Below, one piece after another: positions 9,577-22,145 of a stretch of DNA of 64,000 bases. The first letter of the stretch is position 1. Each line of letters opens with the position of its first letter. Source of the DNA: an uncultured delta proteobacterium (GTDB lineage: Bacteria > Myxococcota > Myxococcia > Myxococcales > Myxococcaceae); contig CAVYSY010000022.1 in assembly GCA_963771175.1 (NCBI GenBank), forward strand, positions 1 through 64,000, read 5' to 3'. The notes under the pieces are model-generated. The model was not told the origin of the DNA and made no database searches. It saw nothing but the letters and a program-made list of their open reading frames with translations. The translations under genes and the position numbers were made by a program.

Positions 9577-10947
9577 ATGCCGTCCACTCCCGACGCGAGC
9601 GTCCTGTTTTCGACCACCCTGGAGCGGGCCTACCGCCATTTCGGGCTGGTGGGAGGCTCCGTGCTGCTGGCCGTCTCCGGGGGCGCGGACTCGACGGCGC
9701 TGCTCGTGGGGACGGCCGCGGTGTCCGAGCGCCTCTCGCTGAGGGTGGAGGTGGCCACGCTCGACCACGGCCTGCGCCCGGAGGCCCGAGAGGAGGTGGA
9801 GGCGGTTGCCCGGCTGGCCGCTCGCTGGGGGCTGCCCTGTCATATACGCCCGTTGCATCTGTCACCGGGTTCCGCGCTGGAGGCCCGGGCGCGCGAGGCC
9901 CGCTACACGGCGCTGGAGGCGCTCCGGCGCGAGCGGGGCCTTCAGGCGGTGGCCACGGCGCACACGGCCTCGGACCAGGCGGAGACGCTCCTCATGCGGT
10001 TGGTGCGCGGCACCGCCTTGAGAGGAGCGGCCAGCATCCACCGGGCCCGCCCCTTCCTCGTCCGCCCGCTCATCGAGCGCACGCGCGAGGAGGTGGAGGC
10101 CTTCCTCGCGGAGCAGGGTGTCTCCTTCGTGGAGGACCCGATGAACCGGGACCCCGCCTTTCTGCGCACCCGCATCCGTCATGAGGTGCTGCCGGCCCTG
10201 TCACGCGCCGCGGGCTTCCCCGTGGGGCCGCGCCTGGCCTCCTTCGCCCGGCTGGCCGCCGAGGACGAAGCCCTGCTGGGCGGGCTGGCGGACGAGGCAT
10301 GGCGCCGGCTCGCACTCGAGGACGGCAGCCTGGACGCCGTGGGAGTGCGCGCCCTGGAACCGCCCCTGCGCCGCCGGGTGCTGGCTCGCCTGCTGGCCGA
10401 GGCTGGCGCCGACGTGGACGACGCCTCCCTCTCCCGCGCGCTGGAGGCCGTGGAGACGGGCCGGGCCCGCACCTTGGGAGGCGGTCACGAGCGAGGGGGG
10501 CTCCAGCTCCGCACCTCGGGCGGACGCGTGCGCTGCGTGCGCCGCGCGGGCCCCGCCGAGCCGCCCCCCGAATTGGTGCTGGCGGGGGAGGGGGCCTCGG
10601 GTGTCCAGGCGGGCACGGGCTGGGCCTTCTCCGTGGCGCGGGCCTCGCCTCCTCCGGGCACCCTCGGCCTCGCGCTGGCCAAGGACACGCGCTGGCCCCT
10701 CCTCGTGCGGACGCGGCGGCCCGGGGACCGGGTGCGAGGGCCCGCCGGCTCGCGCAAGCTGCAGGATGTGCTGGTGGATCGGCGCATTCCCGCCGAGCGG
10801 CGCGACGGGTTGCCCGTGGTGACGGACGCCCAGGGGACCGTGCTCTGGGTCCCAGGGGTCTGGAATTCCACATCCGCGAGCGCTGTATGCCTCTTTCTGT
10901 GGGCCACCCCACCGGGCGCGAGCATGCCCGGCACCTTCCCGTTATAG
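9577..10947 (+). CDS. tilS: tRNA(Ile)-lysidine synthetase
   Basis: AVSGGADS PP-loop, DHGLR, ARYTAL, TAHTASDQAET, RPLI; TilS C-terminal domain; directly upstream of ftsH. Confidence 0.96.
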   Translation: MPSTPDASVLFSTTLERAYRHFGLVGGSVLLAVSGGADSTALLVGTAAVSERLSLRVEVATLDHGLRPEAREEVEAVARLAARWGLPCHIRPLHLSPGSALEARAREARYTALEALRRERGLQAVATAHTASDQAETLLMRLVRGTALRGAASIHRARPFLVRPLIERTREEVEAFLAEQGVSFVEDPMNRDPAFLRTRIRHEVLPALSRAAGFPVGPRLASFARLAAEDEALLGGLADEAWRRLALEDGSLDAVGVRALEPPLRRRVLARLLAEAGADVDDASLSRALEAVETGRARTLGGGHERGGLQLRTSGGRVRCVRRAGPAEPPPELVLAGEGASGVQAGTGWAFSVARASPPPGTLGLALAKDTRWPLLVRTRRPGDRVRGPAGSRKLQDVLVDRRIPAERRDGLPVVTDAQGTVLWVPGVWNSTSASAVCLFLWATPPGASMPGTFPL

Positions 10948-11128
10948 AGTGGACCACTCGGGGGGGCGGTCGGGGTTGGAACCCCCAAAATAGTTGAGGC
11001 GTTTTTGCTGTTGCTGATACCGTCCGACAAACGGGCAACATGCCCGGTGTCGTGACAAACGGTCGAAACTGCTTGGCATTTTCGCCCGTGCCCTCATCCC
11101 TGCCGAGCACCGAAAGGGCAGCTGACAC

Positions 11129-13048
<1,920 letters not shown>

Positions 13049-13076
13049 TTCGAGCCTCGCTTCCGTGTAGAACCCG

Positions 13077-13109
13077 GGCCCTCTCCACTCAGGTGGGGAG
13101 GGCCTTTTT
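13077..13109 (+). terminator. Intrinsic terminator after ftsH
   Basis: GGCCCTCTCCAC-TCAG-GTGGGGAGGGCC followed by TTTTT. Confidence 0.85.
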
Positions 13110-13128
13110 CGGTGGTAGGGCTTGAAGC

Positions 13129-13803
13129 GTGTCCATCCTCATCGTCGAAGACGAGCTGCGGGTCCGGGCCTTTCTCACTCGCGGGCTGACCGAGGAGGGC
13201 TTTCGGGTCCGGGAGTGCGCGGACGGTGTTCAGGCGCAGGAGTTGCTCCGCCACGAGCACTTCGAGCTCATCCTGCTCGACTGGATGCTCCCAGGCGTGC
13301 CCGGGATTGAGCTGCTCCGGGGGCTGCGCGCCCGACGGGACATCACCCCGGTCCTCATGCTCACGGCGCGGGACGCGGTGGCGGAGCGCATCGCGGCCCT
13401 CAATGCCGGAGCGGACGACTATCTCGTCAAGCCCTTCTCCTTCGAGGAGTTGCTCGCGCGCATGCGAGCCATTCTCCGCCGCGTCTCCAGCCGGGCCAGC
13501 CCCATCTTGAGCCATGCGGATCTGACCCTGGACCCGGTCACGCGGAAGGTCGTCCGGGCCGGGGTGGAGATCTCGCTCACCGCGCGCGAGTACGCCCTGC
13601 TCCAGTTCCTCCTCGAGCACGCGGGCGAGGTCGTCTCCCGGACGCGGATCGTCCAGGCGGTCTGGGAGCACGACTTCGAGACCTTCTCCAACGTCGTCGA
13701 GGTCTACATCCGCTACCTCCGGGCCAAGGTGGATGAGCCCTTTGGGAGCAAGCTCATCCATACGGTGCGAGGCATGGGCTATGTGCTTCGGGGCGGCACA
13801 TGA
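13129..13803 (+). CDS. OmpR/PhoB-family response regulator
   Basis: ILIVEDE, LLDWMLP, GADDYLVKPF, SNVVEVYIRYLR, IHTVRGMGY. Confidence 0.95.
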   Translation: MSILIVEDELRVRAFLTRGLTEEGFRVRECADGVQAQELLRHEHFELILLDWMLPGVPGIELLRGLRARRDITPVLMLTARDAVAERIAALNAGADDYLVKPFSFEELLARMRAILRRVSSRASPILSHADLTLDPVTRKVVRAGVEISLTAREYALLQFLLEHAGEVVSRTRIVQAVWEHDFETFSNVVEVYIRYLRAKVDEPFGSKLIHTVRGMGYVLRGGT

Positions 13804-14882
13804 GGCTCCCGAGGACCTTGCGCGCCCGCCTGACGCTCTTCTTCGCCGGCGCCGTCCTGGGCACCATCCTCCTCCATGCTGGGGTGGTGACGGTGGTGCT
13901 CATCGCGCACGAGTGGCTGGAGTGGCGCGGGCTTTCTCTTGGGCCCACCGGGGCTGGACTTCTCGAGGATGTCTATCCGGCGCTCGGGGCCATGGCCCTC
14001 GCGGCCCCGATCTCGGTGCTCGGAGCCGCGGCGCTCGGCCGTGCGCTCGCCCGTCAGGCCCTGGCTCCCATGCGCGAGGCCAGCGACCGGGCCCGGGCCG
14101 CGCGGGCCTCGGAACTGGACCTGCGCCTCCCGGTCCGCGGCACCGGCGATGAGTGGGACGAGCTGGCCTCCACGCTCAATGCGCTCCTCTCGGACGCGCG
14201 CGGCACGGTCGAACGCATCCGCCACTTCACCGCGGACGCCGCGCACGAGCTTCGCACGCCCCTCACCGTCATCATCGGCGAGACGGAAGTCGTCCTGCGC
14301 CGCGCGCGCTCGGCGGAAGAGTATCGCCGCGCGCTGGAGGTGGTGTCCTCGGAGAGCCGACGGCTCTCGGCACTGGTGGACGCACTGCTCACCCTGGCCC
14401 GCGCGGATGCCGGCACGCTCGTGATGGCCGGAGAGCCCGTGGATCTGTTCCTGCTCGCCCAGAACTCCACCCAGCGGGCCGAGCGCTTGTTGGAGGCGCA
14501 GGCGCGCTCCGCGCGAGTCGCACTCTCCGGCGGGTCCACCCTGGTTCGCGGAGATGCCGTGCTCCTGGCCCGGATCCTGGACAACCTGCTGTCCAATGCG
14601 CTCCGTCACTGCCACGGACAGGTCCGGGTCGAGGTCCACGCGACGTCCGAGGGGGCGGAGGTAGGCGTGGCGGATAACGGCCCCGGCATCGAGCCCTCGT
14701 TCGTGCCGAGGCTCTTTCAGCGGTTCGCTCGAGCTGACAGCGCGCGCGCGGGGGAGGGCACGGGACTGGGGCTCGCCATCTCCCGCGCCATCGCCGAGGC
14801 CCATGGCGGCACCCTCTCCTACGCCCGTACTCCGGGGGGCGAGAGCCTGTTCACGTTCCGGCTCCCGACGCTCGAGGGGTGA
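13800..14882 (+). CDS. Sensor histidine kinase (2 TM, HAMP, HisKA, HATPase)
   Basis: ADAAHELRTPL, NLLSNA, DNGPGI, GTGLGLAI; ATGA overlap with the regulator. Confidence 0.95.
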   Translation: MRLPRTLRARLTLFFAGAVLGTILLHAGVVTVVLIAHEWLEWRGLSLGPTGAGLLEDVYPALGAMALAAPISVLGAAALGRALARQALAPMREASDRARAARASELDLRLPVRGTGDEWDELASTLNALLSDARGTVERIRHFTADAAHELRTPLTVIIGETEVVLRRARSAEEYRRALEVVSSESRRLSALVDALLTLARADAGTLVMAGEPVDLFLLAQNSTQRAERLLEAQARSARVALSGGSTLVRGDAVLLARILDNLLSNALRHCHGQVRVEVHATSEGAEVGVADNGPGIEPSFVPRLFQRFARADSARAGEGTGLGLAISRAIAEAHGGTLSYARTPGGESLFTFRLPTLEG

Positions 14883-16434
14883 GCTGCCAGCGCTGGCAGT
14901 ACCAGAGCTGGAAGGTCGTCACGGGCCGCTCGCCCCGGTGCACCGTCACCGGGGGGAGCTCCCGCACCTCGTCGCAGTGGGGCTTCAGGCGCTCCGGCGC
15001 GTCGCGCAAGGGCTGCCGTGCGTCCGACACGACGATCGCGTCCGTCCCACCGCGCACGCGGTCCAACCAGAAGTCATAGGCCAGTCCCGAGCCCCCCAGT
15101 GCCGCATTCGACTGGGTCTCGGGGTGGCCGGGCAGGTAGAAGGCCAGCTCGCTCGCTGTCTTGTAGCCCCAGCCCACCACCAGCGGCTCCGGCTCTCCGG
15201 CGCCGGACTGCTCGCGGAAGCGCTTCACGTGGGTCGCCAGCTCGCGCCAGCCGCTCACCAGGTTGTCCCGCTCCTGAAAGGGAATGAGCGGCCACAGGGG
15301 CATCAGGTACATGCCCAGGGCCAGCAGCGCACCCACGCCCACGCTGAGGCCTCCATACCGGAGCCGCCAGCGCCCCCGCCGCGGCTCGCACCAGCCGGCC
15401 GCCGTCGCCACCATCACGCCGAGATAGGCGGGCGCCACCCAGTTCATCTTCACCCAGTGCCACGGGCTCATCGCCGAGAAGAGCACGAGCCCCGGCAGGC
15501 TCGCGAGGCACAGCAACCGGGCGCGCGCGTCTCCCTGGAGCGAGCGCCGGACGAGGAGCGCCGCCGTGACGAGCAGTGCCGGGTAGAGGAGAGGCCCCAC
15601 CGCCACCGCCTGCAATCCGAGGTACCGCCCGACCAGATGGGGTTTGAGCCCATGCACGGTTTCCACCCGCCCCCGCGTCTGGAAGGCGAAGGAGGCCCAG
15701 TCGTGTTGCACGTTCCAGATGATGACGGGAGAGAAGACGACCAGGGCCAGGGCCAGGGCGAGGTAGGGATGCGGGGTGCGGAGGGCGGCACGGCCCCGGG
15801 GAAGCAGCAGCGCCGTCACGAGGATTTGAGGCGGGAGCAGCGCGGCGGTGTACTTCGACAGCAGCGCGAGCCCGCAGAGCGCACCCAGCAAGTACCAGCG
15901 GAACGCGGCCCGTCCGGCTCCCTGTCCGTCGGGGAGCACCAGCTCGCAGAGCACCCGGAGCGCCGCCGCCCAGAACAGCACGAGGGGGACGTCCGGGGTC
16001 ATCACCACCGCCCCCAGGCCGAAGAGCACCGTGGCATTGGCGGCGAGCGCCGTGAGCGCCCCCACGGCGGGCGAGTACAGGCGCGCCCCGAGTGAATAGA
16101 GCAGCCCCGTGAGGACGGCGCTCGACAGCACCGCGGGGAGGCGGACTCCCAGCTCGTTCACCCCGAGGAGGTGCGAGGACAGGGCGATCAGCCACGCGCA
16201 CATTGGCGGGTGATCGAAGTACGACAGGTCCAGGTGGCGGGCGTATTGCCAGTAGTACGCCTCCTGAGGGGCGAGCTCCACCCGGGCCGCGTAGAGGAGC
16301 CGGAGCACGGTCAGGACGCCGCTCCCGATGAGCACCCAGTGGCCCCAGGCGGGCCCTGTGTCTTGGGGGGGGCCTTGCTGCTCGGAGGGTTGCTTGCTCA
16401 CCTGTGGCCGCGGAAACACTCCTCCCCACTTCAT
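14851..16434 (-). CDS. ArnT/PMT-like glycosyltransferase family 39
   Basis: EAYYW, SYFDHPPM, TPDVP, LSKYTA; multiple TM segments; AAGGAGG RBS before ATG 16434. Confidence 0.9.
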   Translation of the reverse strand: MKWGGVFPRPQVSKQPSEQQGPPQDTGPAWGHWVLIGSGVLTVLRLLYAARVELAPQEAYYWQYARHLDLSYFDHPPMCAWLIALSSHLLGVNELGVRLPAVLSSAVLTGLLYSLGARLYSPAVGALTALAANATVLFGLGAVVMTPDVPLVLFWAAALRVLCELVLPDGQGAGRAAFRWYLLGALCGLALLSKYTAALLPPQILVTALLLPRGRAALRTPHPYLALALALVVFSPVIIWNVQHDWASFAFQTRGRVETVHGLKPHLVGRYLGLQAVAVGPLLYPALLVTAALLVRRSLQGDARARLLCLASLPGLVLFSAMSPWHWVKMNWVAPAYLGVMVATAAGWCEPRRGRWRLRYGGLSVGVGALLALGMYLMPLWPLIPFQERDNLVSGWRELATHVKRFREQSGAGEPEPLVVGWGYKTASELAFYLPGHPETQSNAALGGSGLAYDFWLDRVRGGTDAIVVSDARQPLRDAPERLKPHCDEVRELPPVTVHRGERPVTTFQLWYCQRWQLTPRASGAGT

Positions 16435-16581
16435 GCGGTGCTCCTCCTTCAATCGCCCCGCTTCTGGCCCGGCTCGGCGCTCCACGCCAGACGCCACCGG
16501 TCAGGTGAGGAACTTCTCATCTGGCCTTCATTCCCCTGACATTCCCGTCAAAGGGCAGTGCTAAGACGAGCCCGCTCCCAC

Positions 16582-17832
16582 ATGATTCGCGCCCGCCCCG
16601 TCCGCATCGACCGTCCCGCCGACCTCGAGCCGGCCTTCCTTCGCATGGGGCTGCCCACGCCCGCCCGCGAGTACCTGCTGGAGAAGCTGCCCGCGCTGCA
16701 TGTGCTGCTCACCGGGCTCGGGCGCGAGCAGGGGCGCTTCCTCGCCGGCCTCTTCGCGGCCTCCGACGCTCCCGGGCGCGAGGAGTTCCCCTCCTGGGTG
16801 GCGGGCGACCAGCGCACCCGGCCCGGCACGGGGCTCCTCTCCGGCCGCAAGGATCAGTTCGAGCGGGTGGTGGCCGCGGCGAAGGCCCAGCCGGAGCTGG
16901 CCGAGCTGGCGGGAGCGCTGGCCCGGGTGTTGGAGGCCTCGCTGCCGCCGGCCTCGCTGGTGCTGGGCGGGCGCACCTTCGCCTTCGGGGCGCGCACCTA
17001 CGTCATGGGCGTGGTGAACGTGACGCCGGACAGCTTCTCGGACGGCGGACGGTACTTCGGTACCGAGGCCGCCGTGGCCCACGGGTTGCGACTGGCAGAG
17101 GTGGGTGCGGACATGCTGGACGTGGGCGGCGAGACCACCCGGCCGGGCTCGCCCCCCGTGTCCGCCGAGGAGGAGCTGGCGCGCATCCTCCCCGTCATCG
17201 AGGGCCTCCGGGCCCGCTCGGACGTGCCCATCTCCGTGGACACCACCAAGGCGGCGGTGGCCCGCGAGGCGCTGAAGGCCGGCGCGGCGCTCATCAACGA
17301 CATCAGCGGCTTCCACTTCGACGCGGAGCTGCCACGCGTGGTCGCCGAGGCGGGAGCGGCCTGTTGCCTGATGCACATCCAGGGCACCCCCGAGACGATG
17401 CAGAAGGAGCCCCACTACGAGGACGTGGTGGACGAGGTGCTCGCCTTCCTGGAGGAGAGCGTGGCGATGGCGGTGGCCGCGGGCGTGCCGCGCGAGCGCA
17501 TACTGGTGGACCCGGGCATCGGCTTCGGCAAGACGCTCGGGCACAACCTCTTCCTGCTGCGGCGGCTGGGCGAGCTGCGCGTGCTGGGACTGCCCGTGTT
17601 GGTGGGCACCAGCCGCAAGTCCTTCCTCGGGAGACTCGTGGGGGGCAAGCCGGCGGACGAGCGCCTGGCGGCGACCCTGGGCTCGGTGGCTGTCATGGCC
17701 GCGGCCGGGGACGCGGACTTCGTGCGCGTGCACGACGTCGCCGAGGCGCGAGACGCGCTCGCGGTGGCTGACGCGGTGCGTGCGGCGCGGGAGGGCGGGG
17801 TGCTCTACCAGTCGGGGAAGGTGCGCGGCTGA
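16582..17832 (+). CDS. folP: Dihydropteroate synthase with N-terminal extension
   Basis: MGVVNVTPDSFSDGG, DVGGETTRPG, DPGIGFGK, GTSRKSF, RVHDV. Confidence 0.95.
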   Translation: MIRARPVRIDRPADLEPAFLRMGLPTPAREYLLEKLPALHVLLTGLGREQGRFLAGLFAASDAPGREEFPSWVAGDQRTRPGTGLLSGRKDQFERVVAAAKAQPELAELAGALARVLEASLPPASLVLGGRTFAFGARTYVMGVVNVTPDSFSDGGRYFGTEAAVAHGLRLAEVGADMLDVGGETTRPGSPPVSAEEELARILPVIEGLRARSDVPISVDTTKAAVAREALKAGAALINDISGFHFDAELPRVVAEAGAACCLMHIQGTPETMQKEPHYEDVVDEVLAFLEESVAMAVAAGVPRERILVDPGIGFGKTLGHNLFLLRRLGELRVLGLPVLVGTSRKSFLGRLVGGKPADERLAATLGSVAVMAAAGDADFVRVHDVAEARDALAVADAVRAAREGGVLYQSGKVRG

Positions 17833-18022
17833 AAGAGCGCCTCCGCCAGGGGGGATGTGCGAGGTGATCCGACCCACCATGGGGTGGGCGGGCTGATTGG
17901 CCGCCAGCTTGTGCAGGGAGCGCACACTCCATAGCTTCGGCGCCTGTGGAGGGCAGGGTATAAGCCCTCGGCATGGGCGGTCCGGCTTCGCGGCCGGCCA
18001 GGGAAAGGTGGAGCGGCACTCT

Positions 18023-19425
18023 ATGGCGTACAGGATGAACATGCCCCCCAAGGAAGAGAGGGCATCTCAGCGGCTGTTCGGCACCGACGGAGTCCGGGGC
18101 GTCGCCAACGTCTACCCGATGACAGCCGAGGTCGCGATGCAGCTCGGTCGAGCGCTCGCGCACCTCATCCGCAACGGGCCTCACCGGCACCGCGTCATCA
18201 TCGGCAAGGACACGCGACTGTCCGGCTACATGCTCGAGCAGGCGCTCGCCGCCGGCATCGTCTCCATGGGCGTGGACGTGGACGCTGGTGGGTCCGCTGC
18301 CCACCCCGGGCATCGCCAACCTCACCACCTCGATGCGCGCGGACGCGGGCGCCGTCATCTCCGCCTCCCACAACCCGTACCAGGACAACGGCATCAAGTT
18401 CTTCTGGCGCGACGGCTTCAAGCTGCCGGACGAGACCGAGGCGAAGATTGAGGAGCTGGTGGCCAGCGGCACCATCGACTCCATCCGCCCCACCGCGACG
18501 AAGATCGGCCGGGCCTTCCGCCTGGAGGACGCGCGCGGTCGCTACATCGTCTTCCTCAAGACGACCTTCCCCCGCGAGCTGACGCTGGAGGGGATGACCA
18601 TCGTCGTCGACTGCGCCAACGGCGCCGCCTACAAGACGGCCCCGGCGGTGCTCGAGGAGCTGGGCGCCAAGGTCATCACCCTGGGCGTGCAGCCGGACGG
18701 CAAGAACATCAACCACAAGTGCGGCGCGCTGCTACCCGGAGAGCCTGTCGCGCGCGGTGGTGAAGCACGGCGCCCACGTGGGCATCGCGCTGGACGGCGA
18801 CGCGGACCGCCTCATCGTCGTGGACGAGAAGGGCAAGGTGGTGGACGGCGACGCCATCATGGCCATCTGCACCGGCGAGCTCGTCGACCCGCAAGGAGCT
18901 GAGGAAGAAGACGCTCGTGTCCACGGTGATGAGCAACATCGGCCTGGAGCGGGCGGTGGCGCGCTGGGGCGTGAAGGTGGTGCGCACCAAGGTGGGCGAC
19001 CGCTACGTCGTCGAGGAGATGCGCAAGAACGGCTACAACCTCGGCGGCGAGCAGAGCGGCCACCTCATCTTCCTGGACCACGCGCACCACGGGCGACGGC
19101 ACGCTGGCCGCGCTCCAGCTGCTGGCCGTCATGTGCCGCCAGCAGCAAGCCGGTGAGCGAGCTGGCCTCCATCTTCGAGCCGGTGCCGCAGACGCTGCTC
19201 AACGTGGTGGTCAAGCAGAAGCGCGAGCTGGGCGAGCTGCCCGACGGTCATGAAGGCCATCCAGGACGTGGAGAAGAAGCTGGGCAAGGACGGCCGGGTG
19301 CTGGTGCGCTTCTCCGGCACCGAGCCCAAGGCCCGCGTCCTCATCGAGGGCACCGACGCCGCGCGCAACGAGCAGTACGCCCGGGAGATCGCCGAGGCGC
19401 TCTCCGGAAGGCGCTGAACGGTTGA
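18023..19425 (+). CDS. glmM: Phosphoglucosamine mutase (several frameshifts, probably sequencing errors)
   Basis: [35 protein letters not shown] and R-x-SGTEP found across shifted frames. Confidence 0.92.
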
Positions 19426-19487
19426 CTTCCGGTCTCGGGCCGCCAATAGAAGGGCGCAGTGCGCTCCTCGCGAGGAGAGCGGCCGTG

Positions 19488-20215
19488 ATGGGACAGCGAC
19501 TGGGTGTGAATGTGGACCACGTGGCGACGCTGCGTCAGGCGCGGCGCACCACGTATCCGGATCCGGTGACGGCGGCGGCGCTCGCCGAGCTGGCCGGCGC
19601 GGGGCAGATCACCATCCACCTGCGCGAGGACCGCCGGCACATCCAGGACCGGGATCTGCGCATCCTCCGCGAGACGGTCCAGACGCTGCTCAACCTGGAG
19701 ATGGCCGCCACCCAGGAGATGGTGAAGATCGCCTACGAGCACAAGCCGGACGTGGTGACGCTGGTGCCCGAGCGGCGCGAGGAGCTCACCACCGAGGGCG
19801 GGCTCGACGTGGCCGGCCAGCGCGACCCCATCGCCAACATCATCAAGAACCTCAAGGACGGGGAGATCACCGTCTCGCTGTTCATCGACCCGGACCTGGA
19901 CCAGGTGCGGGCGGCGCACAAGGTGAACGCGGACCGGATCGAACTGCACACCGGGCGCTACTGCGAGGCGCGCAACGAGCGCGAGCGGGCGCGGGAGCTG
20001 AGCCGGATCGTGGACGCGGCCAAGGCGGCGGCCAAGCTGGGCATGAGCGTGGCCGCGGGCCACGGGCTCAACTACGACAACGTGCGGCCCATCGCGCGCA
20101 TCGCAGGAGATCGACGAGCTGAACATCGGGCACTCCATCGTCGGCGCGGGCGGTGCTGGTGGGCTTCGAGCGCGCGGTGCGCGAGATGCTCGAGCTGATG
20201 CGCAACCCGGGGTAG
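19488..20215 (+). CDS. pdxJ: Pyridoxine 5'-phosphate synthase (frameshifts near the 3' end)
   Basis: [47 protein letters not shown] in a shifted frame. Confidence 0.93.
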
Positions 20216-20221
20216 GGCACC

Positions 20222-20600
20222 ATGGCAATCCTCGGCCTGGGCATGGACATCTGCTCGGTGGAGCGCATCCAGCGCATCCTCGATGGGCCGCGCGCCGAGC
20301 GCTTCCTGGAGCGGGTGTACACGGAGGCCGAGCGCGCCCTGTGCCGCGCTCGGGCGGATGCGGCGAGCGCCTATGCGGCCCGCTTCGCCGCCAAGGAGGC
20401 CCTGGTGAAGGCGCTGGGCGCGCCGCCGGGCCTCCCTGGCAGGACATGGAGGTGGTGCGCGAGAGCGGTGCGCCCCGCTTCCGCCTCTCGGGCGTGGCGC
20501 TCGCAGGAGATGGAGAAGCGACGGGCGGAGGCCTTCCTCGCGCTCACCCATGACGCGGGGGTCGCCGCCGCGACGGTCGTCCTGCCAGGAAAGGAGCTGA
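20222..20600 (+). CDS. acpS: Holo-[acyl-carrier-protein] synthase (frameshifted)
   Basis: ILGLGMDI, ARFAAKEALVKALG, LTHD; follows pdxJ. Confidence 0.9.
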
Positions 20601-20603
20601 GCC

Positions 20604-22145
20604 ATGCGCCGTGCCCTCACCGCCGCCGAGGATGCGCGCGGCCGACCAGGCCGCCGAGTCCCGTTTCGGCATGCCGTCCGCGCTGCTGATGGAGAACGCC
20701 GGCCGGTTCCTGGCGGACGCGGCGCGCGAGCTGGGCGCTCCGGGTGGGCGGTACGTGGTGGTGTGTGGGCCGGGCAACAACGGCGGGGATGGGCTGGTGG
20801 CGGCGCGCTTCCTCCTCGCCCAGGGCCTGCGCGTGACGCTGGTGCTGGTGGGCGACAGGGCGAAGCTGACGCCCGAGTCGAAGCGCAACCTGCACGCGCT
20901 GGGGCCCTTTGGGATTCGAACCCCAGTCGCCTGGCGCGGTACCTGAGCCGCGGGCCGGGCGACGTGGTGGTGGACGCGCTGTTCGGCACGGGGCTCACCC
21001 GCGCTCCGGCGGGCGAGTTCGCCGACGGCCATCCAGCACATGCTCCGCTGGCGCGCGGCGGGGGCGAAGGTGGTGGCCGCGGACCTGCCCCTCGGGGCTG
21101 CACAGCGGACACCGGCCAGCCCTTCGAGCCCTGCGTGGAGGCGGACCTCACCGTCACCTTCGGCTTCCTCAAGCAAGGGCAGGTGCTGGAGCCCGGCGCC
21201 ACGCTGTGCGGCGAGCTTGCGGTGCGTGGACATCGGGATTCCCGCCGAGGCCGTCGAGCCCCGGGCGGGCTCGGAGATCTTCCTCGTCGAGGAGGCCGAT
21301 GCGCGCGAGGCCATCGCTCCGCGCGCGCTCGGACACGCACAAGGGCACCTACGGGCACGTGCTGGTGGTGGCCGGCAGTCGTGGCAAGACGGGCGCGGCG
21401 GCCATGTCGGCCCTGGGCGCGCTGCGCGCCGGCGCGGGACTCGTCACCGTGGCCACCCGCTCCGAGGTGCGTGGAGTCGGTGCTCGGCCACGCGCCCGAG
21501 GTGATGGGCTGGCCGCTGGCGAGCCGGGGACCGCTCGGCATGGCGGACCTGGAGCCCCTGCTGGAAGCGGCGGAGAAGAAGGACGTGCTCGTCATCGGTC
21601 CGGGCATCCCCCGGGGCGAGGAGACGACGAAGCTCCTGGGCGAGCTGCTCTCGCGGGTGCAGGCCCCCGCCGTGCTGGACGCGGACGCGCTCAACGCCGT
21701 GGCCACCGACCTGGACGTACTCCGCCGGGCGAAGGGGCCGCTGGTGCTCACCCCGCACCCGGGCGAGATGTCGCGGCTCGCGGGCGTGCCCTCGAAGGAC
21801 CTGCAGAAGGCCCGAGTGGAGGTGGCTCGGGACTTCGCGCGCACGTACGGCGTGACGTTGGTGCTCAAGGGCGCGCGGACGCTCATCGCGCACGAGGATG
21901 GCTCCGTGTACGTCAACCCCACGGGCAACCCGGGTATGGCCACCGGTGGCATGGGGGACGTGCTGAGCGGCGTCCTGGGCGCGCTGCTGGGTCAGGGCCT
22001 GAAGCTCCCCGAGGCCGCCTGGACGGCGGTGTACGCGCACGGCCTCTCGGCGGACCTGATGGTGGCCCGGCGCGGCCGGTTGGGGCTGATCGCCACGGAC
22101 GTGGCCAAGGGGATGTGCAACGTGTGGACGAGGTGGAACCGATGA
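20604..22145 (+). CDS. nnr: Bifunctional NAD(P)H-hydrate epimerase/dehydratase (frameshifted)
   Basis: LMENAG, GPGNNGGDG, DALFGTG, HKGTYG, LDADAL, TPHPGE, ATGGMGDVL. Confidence 0.92.
   Translation: MRRALTAAEDARGRPGRRVPFRHAVRAADGERRPVPGGRGARAGRSGWAVRGGVWAGQQRRGWAGGGALPPRPGPARDAGAGGRQGEADARVEAQPARAGALWDSNPSRLARYLSRGPGDVVVDALFGTGLTRAPAGEFADGHPAHAPLARGGGEGGGRGPAPRGCTADTGQPFEPCVEADLTVTFGFLKQGQVLEPGATLCGELAVRGHRDSRRGRRAPGGLGDLPRRGGRCARGHRSARARTRTRAPTGTCWWWPAVVARRARRPCRPWARCAPARDSSPWPPAPRCVESVLGHAPEVMGWPLASRGPLGMADLEPLLEAAEKKDVLVIGPGIPRGEETTKLLGELLSRVQAPAVLDADALNAVATDLDVLRRAKGPLVLTPHPGEMSRLAGVPSKDLQKARVEVARDFARTYGVTLVLKGARTLIAHEDGSVYVNPTGNPGMATGGMGDVLSGVLGALLGQGLKLPEAAWTAVYAHGLSADLMVARRGRLGLIATDVAKGMCNVWTRWNR

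Noticed and set aside
8922..9617. 231-aa N-terminally extended CdbA ORF
   Set aside because: Homology begins at MAGTDK (9134); the extension crosses a terminator and overlaps the tilS start
16533..16555. TGAC-N6-GTCA inverted repeat between the GT39 gene and folP
   Set aside because: Too short and imperfect to support an operator call
18023..22145. True pseudogenisation or programmed frameshifting of glmM-pdxJ-acpS-nnr
   Set aside because: Several indels per gene without slippery-site signatures, in essential genes; sequencing error is far more likely
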